The position numbers were made by a program, and so were the translations under genes. From Tubiluchus corallicola (Eukaryota; Animalia; Priapulida), in assembly GCA_030141605.1 (NCBI GenBank), contig JAQGDQ010000898.1, forward strand, positions 18,487 through 82,486: a stretch of 64,000 nucleotides of DNA, in the 5' to 3' direction. Positions 13,661-26,524 of the stretch are shown here, in pieces. Every line of letters begins with the position of its first letter. Position 1 is the first letter of the stretch. Under the pieces are notes generated by a model. The model was not told where the DNA came from. It was given only the letters and a program-made list of their open reading frames with translations, and searched no databases.

Positions 13661-14126
13661 TTAACCCTTTCATACCCGTTGTATCCCGTGAGATACGAGA
13701 ATATTTTCTGCCTTTAAAATTATTAAAATTTTAAAAATGACTGTTATTTGATCTGTTAATAGTTATTTTGACTTAAGCCAATAACAATAGACTAAAAATG
13801 GTGATAAAATGGTGACTAGAAAATCTACACAGCATAAAAAACTGTGCAAGGTACAGTACGTTAGAGATGACTTTGTACAGATCAGCATAGCATGCATACT
13901 AAATGTCTTAAATACTTAAAAAATTATCAGCAGTTGCAAAATGAAGCACATTTTATGCTTCCATTAAATCCCAATGTATCCCGTGGGATACAGGCTATAT
14001 TTAGCACGCGGGCACAGGTAGAAAAAAAATAATTATTATGTGTAAACAAGATGGACATACTGAGCAAAAGTAAAAAGCCAAAAACTTTTTCTTATTAAAA
14101 AAATAATTTGGGACTGAAAGGGTTAA
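13661..14126 (+). mobile_element. piggyBac-like MITE copy 4, inserted in a LINE remnant
   Basis: TTAA-CCCTTTCATACCC ... GGGACTGAAAGGG-TTAA. Confidence 0.9.
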
Positions 14127-15073
14127 GGGTAATTCTCTGCGCTTATGATCTTATGTATAATGCGCACCAGTAAAGGAAAATAGTGAATTTCTTTAATGTT
14201 ATTAATTCATCAAAATGAATGAAGTCAACGGAAGACAGCGACTTATCAATTGTAGAAAACACTGCGCTTTATTCCGCCACCATGACAGTTATACGAGCAG
14301 CGCGATTAAATTTTAATGAAAGCAATTTCGAGGCAAAACGCTCGAGGGGCTGTGACTGATTTTCCACCAATTAGAGATAATTAGATAAGCAGAGACGGGA
14401 ACGAGTTAGCAGCTATTACAACACGAAGCCATCGGAAACCTGCAACAGTTTACAGGCAGGGAATTTAGCTGGCAACACAACAACATTAATGCACACATGA
14501 CATGCAACCACTCAGCGACAAGTATTCCAACAGTAATAGCAGATGTGGAAATTATTTTCCCTTTAGGGAACGAGATGTATATAGGATGCATATAATCATC
14601 ACCCTCCTTACACGGGGAGAAACAAAATCTAAAGGCCTGTTCTGGTTTTCTTCTGTAACCCCAGAATTAATATTGTTTAAACACAAAATGGCGCATATGC
14701 AGCTGCAGCACAAAGCCATTAAATTGACAAAGTGAAACAAACGCTAAAAAGTGATAAAAATGACATATTCTCTCTGTCCCACTAAATACATAGCACTGAA
14801 TATACAGCACTTTAGACAAATGTTCAAAAGTCCTGGAAAACCGTAATGAACCTGAATTTTATTTAAACACCCCTGAAACACTGACGTCACACAATAATAA
14901 GCATTTAATTTTGTCTTAAGTACAACTTGTGATTTGTGTGTGTTTTTAACTTACTCTATTAATGGTGTAGCAATAATTCCCCTAGTTGCCTCAGCACAGC
15001 TATAGAAATACAAAACTGATTCGATAACGCTAAAATTACTCAAGAAAATAAGCCTATAGTGTTGCCTGTTCAT

Positions 15074-15619
15074 GAACCTAGCCACTGGGGGGGGGGGGGG
15101 GCAAGCCAGCCCAACTGAGTGCCGGTTCCAAGCCCGGATAAATAGGGAGGGTTAGGGTCAGGAAGGGCATCCGCCTGTAAAAACTGCGCCAAAACATTCT
15201 ATGAATGAGTCGGTGAGACGTAAAGGTAAAGTCCACAAAGAAGTGGTCAGACCCGCTCTAATCTATGGGCTGGAAGCAGCTTCTCTAAAGAAGACCGAAG
15301 AGAAGGCAATGGGTGTGGTGGAGACGAGGATGTTGAGATGGATGGTGGGAATAACAAGAAGAGATAAAATTAGAAATAATAATATCAGAGGAACAGTAAA
15401 AGTAGTGGAAGCCTCGCAAGATTGCGATGGTATGGACACCTGAAAAGAAGAGTCGGTGAAGATCATGTGGGAAGGGAAGACATAAATGAAGAGATGGTCA
15501 ACAACAGGAATGCGTGGAGAAGACTCATTCACAACGGCGACCCCGCATAGGGAAAAGCTGGGAAGAAGAAGAAGAAGAAGAAGAAGAAGAAGAAGAAGAA
15601 GAAGAAGAAAAAGAAGAAA
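15074..15619 (+). mobile_element. Bipartite non-autonomous RTE retroelement, second copy
   Basis: Same structure with a long (GAA)n tail; 16-bp TSD agtgttg(c/t)ctgttcat (15058-15073 / 15620-15635). Confidence 0.85.
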
Positions 15620-15770
15620 AGTGTTGTCTGTTCATAATGACAACTGAACAGCCGCTTCACAATCGACAACAGAAGAACAAAGCACCTCTATAAAACATTT
15701 TATTAAACCTTTTACTAATAAACTGCTAAAATTCCCAAGTGACGTGACACCAAAACGAAACTCAACTCAC

Positions 15771-16467
15771 CTCTTTGTAGCACTGGACAATCACGTCCAG
15801 TTCCTCGGCCTTCTGCATAACTAAACCTCCCTTTGCATACTCCTCTAACTACCTCTGCACTGCAGCGTGGCCTGGGACTACTGGCACAACCTGCAAAACT
15901 AGCTCGAGTTCTTGGGAGGCCTCCATTTAATTGTGGCAATCCTGACACCGAATTAGAGAAACGTTTGCCGAGGGCACGAGCGCCTTCAAGATGATTTTGG
16001 TTCAGACATTTGCGATTGTCCGGTTTTACTGAAGGATCTGTGAGAACTGGTTTTCCCGAAGGCAGCAGAAACCCCGCATCGACGGCATCTTGATCAACGT
16101 AGGTTACATCCTCCATGTCCTTTGACAGTTTTGCATCTTTCACTTTGGCAGCCAGTACGTCGTTGATTGTCACCTTATCTTTGACTTTGCAGGTGGAACT
16201 TAACGAACTTCTAGAGGAATAGTTGGACTCCTGCTCGCAGCTTGAGGAGTTTTCTGAAATTTCATCAAGATCGCAGAAGTCTGCATATAAGTCGTTCTCA
16301 GCACAAGAACCTTCGGGTAGACCACGAACTCGAGATTGCTTATTGTCCTTATTGGATTTCGCACGCGTGGCGCCATCTTCATCACCTTCTTCATTGATGA
16401 CACGCAGTCCGGCTGCCTTGGCCTTCTGACGCAACTTTCTGAAAGACTGTCGCAGTGCACCAGGCAT
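15771..16467 (-). CDS. First coding exon (232 aa + 1 nt) encoding a disordered Ser/charged N-terminus; probable alternative first exon of MAGI
   Basis: Long non-repetitive ORF; ATG at 16467 has an in-frame TGA two codons upstream; strong donor AGAG|gtgagt after 15771 (phase 1, same phase as the MAGI exon donor). Confidence 0.6.
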
Positions 16468-17570
16468 TCCTCAATGGCAGTTTTTGTCGCCCACGATGCA
16501 GTATCTTAGAAATACAAGTGGCGTATCCCGTACGGGTCAGAAATATACCTTTGTGACTGTTTCCACAGTTCAAACATTCAAACAGCATTTATGAATGTAA
16601 TTTGACATGATCAATGTTGCAACAAAGGCGGCTGGAGTCTTATACTACTGCTTCTCTGTAGGCAAAAACAGACATTCGTCCACGAAGTCAGAAAACGCAT
16701 TTACTCGCCTGACTGTGAGCAGATGGATTAACTAAACTCGGTAGCGCATTCTTGGAAAAACCCACCATCCACCAAATGCAACGACAGTTACTTTTTAAGT
16801 CAATGAAGAACCGGCGTTACATTCAATTCGGAATGAACATGAAGCCAAACATCCTGCATTCTCGGCGGTCGTTTCTTTCGAATTACCAGCACATCTGGTA
16901 CAGGGACTACCGAGCCACGAGGTTTTACGGTCAAAACACGTGCTGAAAAATAGCGGAAAATTGCAAACAGCCTGCAAAAATACCCGTCCCTTGTGAGGGA
17001 GCCACCGCGGCAACGTCACAGCACTGCATGGTCATATACAGGCCAGGTCATCAACACCTTCAAGTCAAGAAAATAGAAAGTATAAGACGAAACAGTAACG
17101 AGCAGAAGCAACGATGACAACAACAGAGTTGACGGCGACAACACCAACAATATCGGTATTAACAAACGCAGCAAAAATATTAAAATCCCAGGTGCAAAAA
17201 CGAAGATCAAACATACAGTACAGTAACAAGGGCAAAAAGCGACTGTATCAAAAACTGGCTTCAGAAATCCTTCAGACGGGAACTAGCAAAAACCAGACTA
17301 ACTTAGTACATATTAGTCTATACTAATAAAAGTCTATACTATACAAAGACATGAGAAGTTTGTAAGAAGATAAGAAGACAGGCAAGCAAAGAGATATAGT
17401 ATCATGGGCTATATAGGTAAATTAATAATGAGCCCTGGAAGGTACGAGCGCCAATATGCCTTCTCTGTCTCAGTAATCATATCCCTCCAATGAAATCTGC
17501 ATATACGAAGCTAAACAAGGACCTGTACAGGATGGAAACTTGCTCACCGACCACAAAGCTTCGCCGATGC

Positions 17571-17841
17571 ACATTGAAATCATATTGAAATCACATTGAA
17601 ATCATATTAAAATCACATTGAAATCACATTGAAATCATGTTGAAATCACGTTGAAATCATATTGAAATCACATTGAAATCATATTGAAATCATGTTGAAA
17701 TCACATTCAAATCATATTGAAATCATATTGAAAACATATTGAAATCACATCGAAATCACATTGAAATCATATTGAAATCACATTGAAATCACATTGAAAT
17801 CACGTTGAAATCATACTGAAATCATATTGAAATCATATTGA
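17571..17841. repeat. 11-bp minisatellite (ca(c/t)attgaaat)n
   Basis: About 24 units. Confidence 0.92.
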
Positions 17842-19668
17842 GATCTATTAAAACCAGTTTCTTTAAATTAATGTGGTCACGTGTAGTTTAGAAGGACACA
17901 AATATTTTGTCAGAATTTTGACGACATACAAACTTGTGAGAACCTCAGAAGCTTTTCAGTCCATATACGTGATTACTTTACTTAAACAATCTAATCTTAA
18001 TTAAGTTAATTCACTACCTATAGTTGTGCAGTATAATTTCCAGTCAATTGCTTTTCTCCAGGGCTTGCCTATCTTTTCGTGATATCTCGGGTGTGGGCCC
18101 AGCATGGAAACGCCCCAGCAGGCGGCGCTAACATAAACAATAACATGTTTAATAACCCAGGAAAACATAAACAAGTTCAGCTAGAAAGACGCCATGAGAA
18201 CAACTGCATGGAAGAAAATTTAAAGTTACAAAAAACACACTTTCACGCCCTAGTAACACGTGAAAGAGGAGGTCAATAAATCAGCAGCATCCGTGATTAT
18301 ATGGGGACGTGCAGAAATTGTACATCAGTTACCATCAATCAACGTAAAGATGAAATTTGATTCGTATGAGAAATGATATCAGCCGAACCATGGATTTGAA
18401 TCAGAGAATACGATACGTCCAGCTGCTCAACGCATTCTCCAACTTTCTTAAAACTCTTCTCCACTTATGATGTCTAGCAATTATTTTACAAAACTCTTCC
18501 TCAAGTCACATCTGTCTACTAAATGGGAGTAAAACGATGTTAATGACCATTTAAAATGTATTTTATACAAGTCATTTATACAAGCACTTTATACAGTTCC
18601 ACGTACTGTAAACCAGAGTTCAACAACCAACGGCAAGACCTACTTTTTTATAGCAGAAGACTGTGACGGGACCGGAATCTAAGATATTCCACCGGGCCAC
18701 TAGCACAAAAATCCTCTGCTACAGCAATGAATTCAGGAAGGGCTCCCTTTGCTTGAAAAACTTATATAAAGTTATAAAAATCTAAGTGCACATTGAAGGT
18801 CATCATTACAACTTTCAACTAGCAAAAAGAAATCATTGCAAACAAAGATTTTGCTTGGAGCTTCAAAATGTGCAAACGGCTTAACATCAAGAAATCAGCT
18901 GAAATTGCCGTGCTAAAGAACAACCTTCCTCAGAAACTTTATTGAAGTGTAAATAAAACATGACAAGCAGCGAAAGAGCCCTGAGCACTTGACATTTCCT
19001 TCAAAGAGAAAACAGAAGAGAAGACCTTTTTCTAAACGAAGCTGAGATGAAATGTTTTAGCACAAGACATCCATACTGACGAACTCTTGCAACAGGTAAA
19101 GATCAAAGTTGAACCACTTGAGAACGACAGAGTTAACCAGCAGGCAACGAACGCGCTGCATTGCACTTCGCGTAATTATACATTTATGCAGTACTAAACG
19201 CAACAACAGCTGAAGACACGTGTGGAAAAATTCAGTAAACTGCTTCACAGCTGTCGATTCTATTCACTCACAAGTTGTTCGGATTTTTGGATGCACATTT
19301 TCGGAATCCGGGTCAAACCGTTGCTAAACCGAGTAATCTCGACGCTTCGCACAAAAAATAAGAAGATTTAGTGAGATGTTTCCTGGGGTATTACGAGTAA
19401 TCACTGAGAGGAGAGAAAGGAAGCCAAGTTAGATGGAGAAATGAGGGACAAAGTGGAAATTTCATGAAGGCAAAGACTTCAACATTGAAAAAAGATAGAT
19501 CAAGGACACGAAACGCAAGAAAAACAGAAGGCGGACGATTGAGAGGGGTGCAAAGAGAAATCGAAAAGGAAGGAAAAGAAAAGATACAAAAGAACAAGAA
19601 GGCAGAGGGACGGAGAGAGGGGAAGAGAAAAGAACAAAAACGAGCAAAAAGGCGCTGATTAGAAAAAC

Positions 19669-19671
<3 letters not shown>

Positions 19672-19715
<44 letters not shown>

Positions 19716-19724
19716 AAAGGAGAG

Positions 19725-19813
<89 letters not shown>

Positions 19814-19834
19814 GAGAGAAAGAGAGAGAGAGAG
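19672..19834. repeat. (GA)n microsatellite
   Basis: Directly visible; another tract lies at 22225-22326. Confidence 0.95.
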
Positions 19835-20370
19835 CTTCCAAAACTTCAGAACTGATAAACCTCGATACGAAAAATAGAAGAAATCACCACAGAGGGTATC
19901 CAATGATAACAATTCACACCATCCACTGAGACAAGAATTATATCTCACACTTCCACAACTCGGTGAAAACAACAAAACAACTCAGTCCTGGTGGCACACA
20001 ACAGCTTTAGATAGGAGCATCCGTCCTGACACTACACACTGTCCAAACTGAACAAGCTCAGCTGAACGCTGAAACCCACACCTCCTGGACCAGGACGAGG
20101 AGATTGTTGACATGTGTTTGCCTCCAGGGGGCACGACGGATGATAGCCAGAACTCAAACAACGCCAGCCAGTCATTCTCTTATTCAAACTCAGCGTGAAG
20201 AAACCTCACACTCAACTCCACGCTGTTCTTGAAAGGTTGCCTGAGTTGGTTGTTTCATTACGCAACAGCCCGAATGATGGAAGCAAGTCAGCTGGCAAAT
20301 GTTAATGAGGTATTAATGACTTTTAATTGCTCAACATTAATAATTAAACCCATACACCACTAACTGAAAA

Positions 20371-20833
20371 TTATCCCTTTCAGTCCCAAATTATTTTTTA
20401 ATAAGAAAAATTTTTTTGGATTGGTACTTTTGCTCAGTATGTCCATCTTGTTTACACATAATAATTATTTTTTCCTACCTGTGCCCGCGTGCTAAATATA
20501 GCCTGTATCCCACGGGGTACATTGGGATTCAATGGAAGCATAAAATGTGCTTCATTTTGCAACTGCTGATAATTTTTTTAAGTATTTAAGACATTTAGTA
20601 TGCATGCTATGCTGATCTGTACAAAGACGTCTCTAAAGTACTGTACCTTGCGCAGTTTTTTATGCTACGTAGATTTTCTAGTTTGCCATTTTATCACTAT
20701 TTTCATTCTATTGTTATTGGCTTAAATCAAAATAACTATTAACAGATCATATAACTGTCAGTTTTAAAATTTTATTAATTTTAAAGGCAGAAAATATTCT
20801 CGTATCCCACGGGATACAACGGGTATGAAAGGA
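20371..20833 (-). mobile_element. piggyBac-like MITE copy 5
   Basis: Full-length reverse copy with degenerate TTAA ends. Confidence 0.85.
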
Positions 20834-20859
20834 ATATAATACACTCTGTAAGGTAGAGG

Positions 20860-21160
20860 CTTAAGCATTATCTTAAAACTATCTTTAATACAAAACCTGG
20901 AATCGAATTAAACAAAAAGCAGACGCTACGTCCACGGGTACGTGATACAAATACGTGAAAGACAATACTAACAAATAACAGGATATCAACACAACAGGAA
21001 AGAAACAACAATTCCCAATTCCTAATACAGAATTCTATGGTGAAAAAGCTTTCTCTGCCTGTGCTCCGCATCTCCGGAATAGCTTACCTGTTGCTATACG
21101 TTCTAAAATTCATCAAATGGTTTTAATCAACATCTTAAAACACATTTGTTTAAATTGTTC
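20860..21160 (+). mobile_element. L2-group LINE 3' remnant
   Basis: YGEKAFSACAPHLRNSLP ... HLKTHLF. Confidence 0.65.
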
Positions 21161-21191
21161 ATTTTAATTTTTTTTAAATTAATTTAAAAAC

Positions 21192-21942
21192 CAGCATGTT
21201 GGGTTTATTTTACTTTCATGACTTAAACTGTTTGTGGTGTGCTAAAGGAAAGAACAAGTCACTCAGTACGTTGGGTTTATTTTACTGTTATGACTTAAAC
21301 TGTTTGTGGTGTGCTAAAGGAAAGAACAAGTCACTCAGCATGTTGGGTTTATTTTACTGTTACGACTTAAACTGTTTGTGGTGCGCTAAAGGAAAGAACA
21401 AGTGGCTCAGTATGTTGAGTTTATTCTACTGTTATCACTTAAACTGTTTGTGGTGTGCTAAAGGAAGAAACAAGTCGCTCAGCATGTTGGGTTTATTTTA
21501 CTGTTACGACTTAAACTGTTTGTGGTGCGCTAAAGGAAAGAACAAGTCGCTCAGTATGTTGGGTTTATTTTACTGTTATCACTTAAACTGTTTGTGGTGT
21601 GCTAAAGGAAGGAACAAGTCGCTCAGCACATTGGGTTTATTTTACTGTTATGACTTAAACTGTTTGTGGTGTGCTGGAGGAAAGAACAAGTCACTCAGCA
21701 TGTTGGGTTTATTTTACTGTTATGACTTAAACTGTTTGTGGTGTGCTAAAGTAAAGAACAAGTCACTCAGTACGTTGGGTTTATTTAACTGTTATCACTT
21801 AAACTGTTTGTGGTGTGCTAAAGGAAAGAACAAGTCACTCAGTACGTTGGGTTTATTTTACTGTTATGACTTAAACTGTTTGTGGTGTGCTAAAGGAAAG
21901 AACAAGTCACTCAGCATGTTGGGTTTATTTTACTGTTATCAC
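21192..21942 (+). repeat. 72-bp minisatellite (~10 units)
   Basis: 24-codon period in ORF 21196..21960. Confidence 0.93.
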
Positions 21943-22221
21943 AAACTTAGAAAAATATAATAGAAATTCGCAACAAACTATCTATAAAACATAAATGTTC
22001 GGGCGTGGTGGCTGTCGCCATTCACTTGAAAATCATGACTTAACTAGGAGACTTCGTGACTTTTCGTAAGCGCGTCGTAGCTTTCCGTTAGCGCGCGCTG
22101 CTTACACTAGTTCAAACTTCTGCAGCTTACCAAATGTTCACACAGCAATATTACAAAATTACCAAATTTTTACAAAATATTACAAAAATCTAATTACTCT
22201 GTAAAAACTTTATTATACTTT

Positions 22222-22314
<93 letters not shown>

Positions 22315-22769
22315 AAGAGAAAGAGATTAGCTAAAATATACAATTAAAATGGCCACACTTTCTCCCACACTTCACTAGCTGTACATTCATCCTCGTCATG
22401 TTGTTATTTCTTGTGTTTGTACAAACGCTCTTCAAACTCTAGAGTCTTTACAATGATGGTGGAACCGCAAGTCTTAAGTAAGTAGCATCGCTCTGTTTCA
22501 CGTCAATGAAACTTTTCCTTTCTTTGCCACAATTTCAGGTTTGTAGTTTTTAAAGTTCTTTCAACAGTTTTTTTTGGCCAGATTAAAAACAGCGTTACAA
22601 ATCAGTGAACAATTTCCGTTCTTTGCACTTTCAGTACCCCGCGTTTTTTTTTCTAAATTTTCCAACCCGTTTTGGTCAGTTCACGCCCTTCTACAATTAG
22701 CAGAAAATCCTTATTTAGCTAATTAACCGATGGGTAATAACGGCACATCATTTATTTTTAGTTTAAACA

Positions 22770-23390
22770 TAATTTATTTAGGATTGGATCAGACAGTTTG
22801 TACAGCATGATTTAGGATCCTCACCACAACAGACTTTATACACTATTTACAAGAACATTTACAGTAAGAATAGACTATAACTACACAAGCTGACAAGTTT
22901 TACTACAGTGATACATTAGACATTAGTAGAAAATGACGGTTAGTAAATATTAATGTACGATTATTTCAGAATGATGCATTTTATATCAGATAGAAACTAC
23001 TGGAAGCGTTTAGTACATAATATAAAGTCATGTATGCATTGGAATATTTTACAGTTAGTAACATAGTTAAATTCATCTTTACCGAATAATAACAACTTCA
23101 ACATATCATTATTTCCTAAGGAAGCTATATTAAGGTTTTCGTGCAGAAGTATTTCATTTAATTTATCAAACATAACTACCTAGTTGATGCAATGGGCAGT
23201 GCAACAAAAAGTGTTCAACAGACTCAAATCGAAATCCACAGTTACAATTCGGCAATATTGGATAACAGTTATTATCTTTACAGCCTTTAGAGAAAAGGTC
23301 ATAGTTTAGCTGAGAAAATCCGATTCTCATGATGATTCGTATGATGCACTGAGATTGGAGGTTTACCAAATGAAAAATGATATGTTCAAA
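22770..23390 (-). mobile_element. LINE 3' remnant with Cys/His knuckle
   Basis: MRIGFSQLNYDLF...CNCGFRFESVEHFLLHCP. Confidence 0.65.
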
Positions 23391-23806
23391 CATGGTACTA
23401 TTGTACGTGCGTGTTATTTACGTAGTTTAAAATTCTAAACACATATTACATACTTGTAGAACGCAAGTTCGTTAACACTAATGCCAAATACGAATGACCG
23501 CTAATACCTACTGAAGTGATTACTGACCTACGTCACTGGAAAGGACAAAGAAATAGCGCAAGCCACAATTTTGTTTAGCTAAATTTAAGGTGCAAGAAAA
23601 GACTCTTCATAAATAAAACTTAAAAAATTTTTTTCGAAATTTTATATCAAGTACATGCTGTCTTATTTCATGCATAGCTTGCGGCAGCAGTAACGTTGTA
23701 TAAAACTAGTCTATTTAAACTCCCGCGATGATCATTAGGCAGCCATTTCAACTGTAGTCAACTGAAGCAACTTCAGGTAACAAGGTTTAAATTTTGCGTG
23801 CGTACG

Positions 23807-23841
<35 letters not shown>

Positions 23842-24050
23842 TGCAGTAATGTCGCTCTCAATTTGTATGCAAATCACCAAGATCACACAAATCGGAAATC
23901 GGTCAAAAGTGAAAAACAGGTTTTAGCACTCACTGGGTCTGGCACAGATCAGATTTTTCTGACGTAACAGAAAGGGAACAAACTTCAACTAAACTGTAAC
24001 ACAAAAATCCGTGGAAGGAGTTTACAATAACCCACATTTCATTACCCAAG

Positions 24051-24119
24051 CCCTAACCCTAACCTTAACCGTGACCTTAACCCTAATCCTAACCCTAACC
24101 CAAACCCTAAGCCTAATCC
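24051..24119. repeat. Degenerate (CCCTAA)n telomere-like tract
   Basis: ccctaaccctaaccttaacc...ccctaatcctaaccctaacccaaaccctaa. Confidence 0.7.
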
Positions 24120-24229
24120 TTTGTGTGAAACAAACATAGAAAATAACAAACCACAATTTTGCCAGGTAACTCTTGGTGCAAATCAGCTAGTCGTAAAATT
24201 AAGCCACGTTCACACGCATTATCAACGAC

Positions 24230-24450
24230 AAACTTACCTCTCCTATATGGCAATAACGGTATCCCTGGCAACATGAAACGCAGACAGTCCAGCACCAGCC
24301 TCCACATGGAGCAGACTCGGGTCACCTCCCTTGCCACTCGTGCCACTCGACGACGCGACCCCACGTCCGCAGACCCGTCTTCTGCTCCGGCCAGTCGGGC
24401 ATACTTGTGCTGCCTCCTGGCGATGGAGCTCGGAGGCTGATATGCAGGGG
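24230..24450 (+). mobile_element. Degraded RTE-like ORF 3' remnant
   Basis: Frameshifted pieces KRR..LHMEQTRV and RPVGH..ASWR.SSEADM resemble the RTE C-terminal RxxGRPxxTW motif. Confidence 0.4.
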
Positions 24451-24612
24451 ATAGAAACCACAGTTTTGCTGGTGTTTAGAATTAAAAGATTTTCAACATG
24501 GAGACTTGGAATCGCCACACGTTTGAAGAACAATGCCAACCAGCATAAAACGTAGTTAATACTTGGCTGCTATGCTATCCGATTACAATGTATTTATGCA
24601 GAAGAGGGATCC

Positions 24613-26524
24613 TATAGGTTTTACACGTCAAATGTAGACACAGGAAACATCAAATGTGACTTAGGTAAGTCAAATGTAGACACAGGAAAGTTCAAATGTG
24701 ACTTAGGTAAGTCAAATGTAGACACAGGAAAGTTCAAATGTGACTTAGGTAAGTCAAATGTAGACATAGGAATTTCAAATGTGACTTAGGTAAGTCAAAT
24801 GTAGACACAGGAAACTTCAAATGTGACTTAGGTAAGTCAAATGTAGACACAGGAAACTTCAAATGTGACTTAGGTAAGTCAAATGTAGACATAGGAAACT
24901 TCAAATGTGACTTACGTAAGTCAAATGTAGACACAGGAAACTTCAAATGTGACTTAGGTAAGTCAAATGTAGACACAGGAAACTTCAAATGTGACTTAGG
25001 TAAGTCAAATGTAGACACAGGAAACTTCAAATGTGACTTAGGTAAGTCAAATGTAGACACAGGAAAGTTCAAATGTGACTTAGGTAAGTCAAATGTAGAC
25101 ACAGGAAACTTCAAATGTGACTTAGGTAAGTCAAATGTAGACACAGGAAACTTCAAATGTGACTTAGGTAAGTCAAATGTAGACACAGGAAAGTTCAAAT
25201 GTGACTTAGGTAAGTCAAATGTAGACACAGGAAAGTTCAAATGTGACTTAGGTAAGTCAAATGTAGACACAGGAAAGTTCAAATGTGACTTAGGTAAGTC
25301 AAATGTAGACACAGTAAACTTCAAATGTGACTTAGGTAAGTCAAATGTAGACACAGGAAAGTTCAAATGTGACTTAGGTAAGTCAAATGTAGACACAGTA
25401 AACTTCAAATGTGACTTAGGTAAGTCAAATGTAGACACAGGAAAGTTCAAATGTGACTTAGGTAAGTCAAATGTAGACACAGGAAAGTTCAAATGTGACT
25501 TAGGTAAGTCAAATGTAGACACAGGAAAGTTCAAATGTGACTTAGGTAAGTCAAATGTAGACACAGGAAACTTCAAATGTGACTTAGGTAAGTCAAATGT
25601 AGACACAGGAAACTTCAGGTGTGACACAGGAAATTTAGGAAGGTAGACACAGTTCAAATGTGACTTAGGTAAGTCAAATGTAGACATAGGAATTTTCAAA
25701 TGTGACTTAGGTAAGTCAAATGTAGACACAGGAAACTTCAAATGTGACTTAGGTAAGTCAAATGTAGACACAGGAAACTTCAAATGTGACTTAGGTAAGT
25801 CAAATGTAGACACAGAAAACTTCAAATGTGACTTAGGTAAGTCAAATGTAGACACAGGAAACTTCAAATGTGACTTAGGTAAGTCAAATGTAGACATAGG
25901 AATTTCAAATGTGTTTTGGTAACTCACATGTGACTTAGGTAAGTCAAATGTAGATGCGGTACTTTGAATAAATCGGTAATTAAGTTATTTGAGTGCAAAT
26001 TAGAAAAAAATAAACCAAAGATAGTCATCACCTCTTTCATAACTTTGAAAAATGTGTTGTTTATCCCTTCCCAATGAACAGTGAATCACTAATTAGTTTT
26101 TTAAGTAATGCATTAGCACTGCACTAATGAATTAGTTACTCTCAAGAAACATTGTTTATTTTAGCAATGTATTGTTTACTCTAACAGTTCCAATGGTATG
26201 TAAAGTTTACAAAATATTAGTGAACTATTAGTAGCCCTATAAAGTTGTTATTTTATCTTAAGAGCAATTATTAAATTGAAATTAAAGAAGAATAAATTTA
26301 ACATCCTTAAACTTTAACATCTATCCACATTTGAGATACCAATGCCACATTTGACTTGACATGTGTCTACATTTAACTTACCAAAAGCGCTCAAGATTTG
26401 TTTAAAACCATTGTTAACATATTTGAACTACCAAAGTCTACATTTGAGTTACCAAGACACATTTGAATTACCTAAATCTACATTTGAGTTAACTCAGGTG
26501 TACATTTGACATGTAAAACCTATA
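24613..26524. mobile_element. Unclassified TIR element containing a 42-bp satellite array
   Basis: Ends tataggttttaca(c/t)gtcaaatgta(g/c)ac are in inverted orientation; degenerate reverse subunits (acatttga) cluster near the right end. Confidence 0.75.
24628..25953 (+). repeat. 42-bp tandem array (~31 units)
   Basis: Unit caaatgtgacttaggtaagtcaaatgtagacacaggaaa(c/g)tt. Confidence 0.95.

Noticed and set aside
21196-21960. 254-aa Cys-rich repeat protein (CLWC x10)
   Set aside because: A 72-bp minisatellite that happens to lack stops in one frame; no signal peptide, splice context or unique flanking coding sequence.
24051-24119. True telomere or chromosome fusion site
   Set aside because: Short, degenerate and in one orientation; such tracts are common inside invertebrate repeats.
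24734-25927. 397-aa repeat protein or CRISPR-like array
   Set aside because: Pure 42-bp tandem units with no unique spacers, inside a TIR element in eukaryotic DNA.
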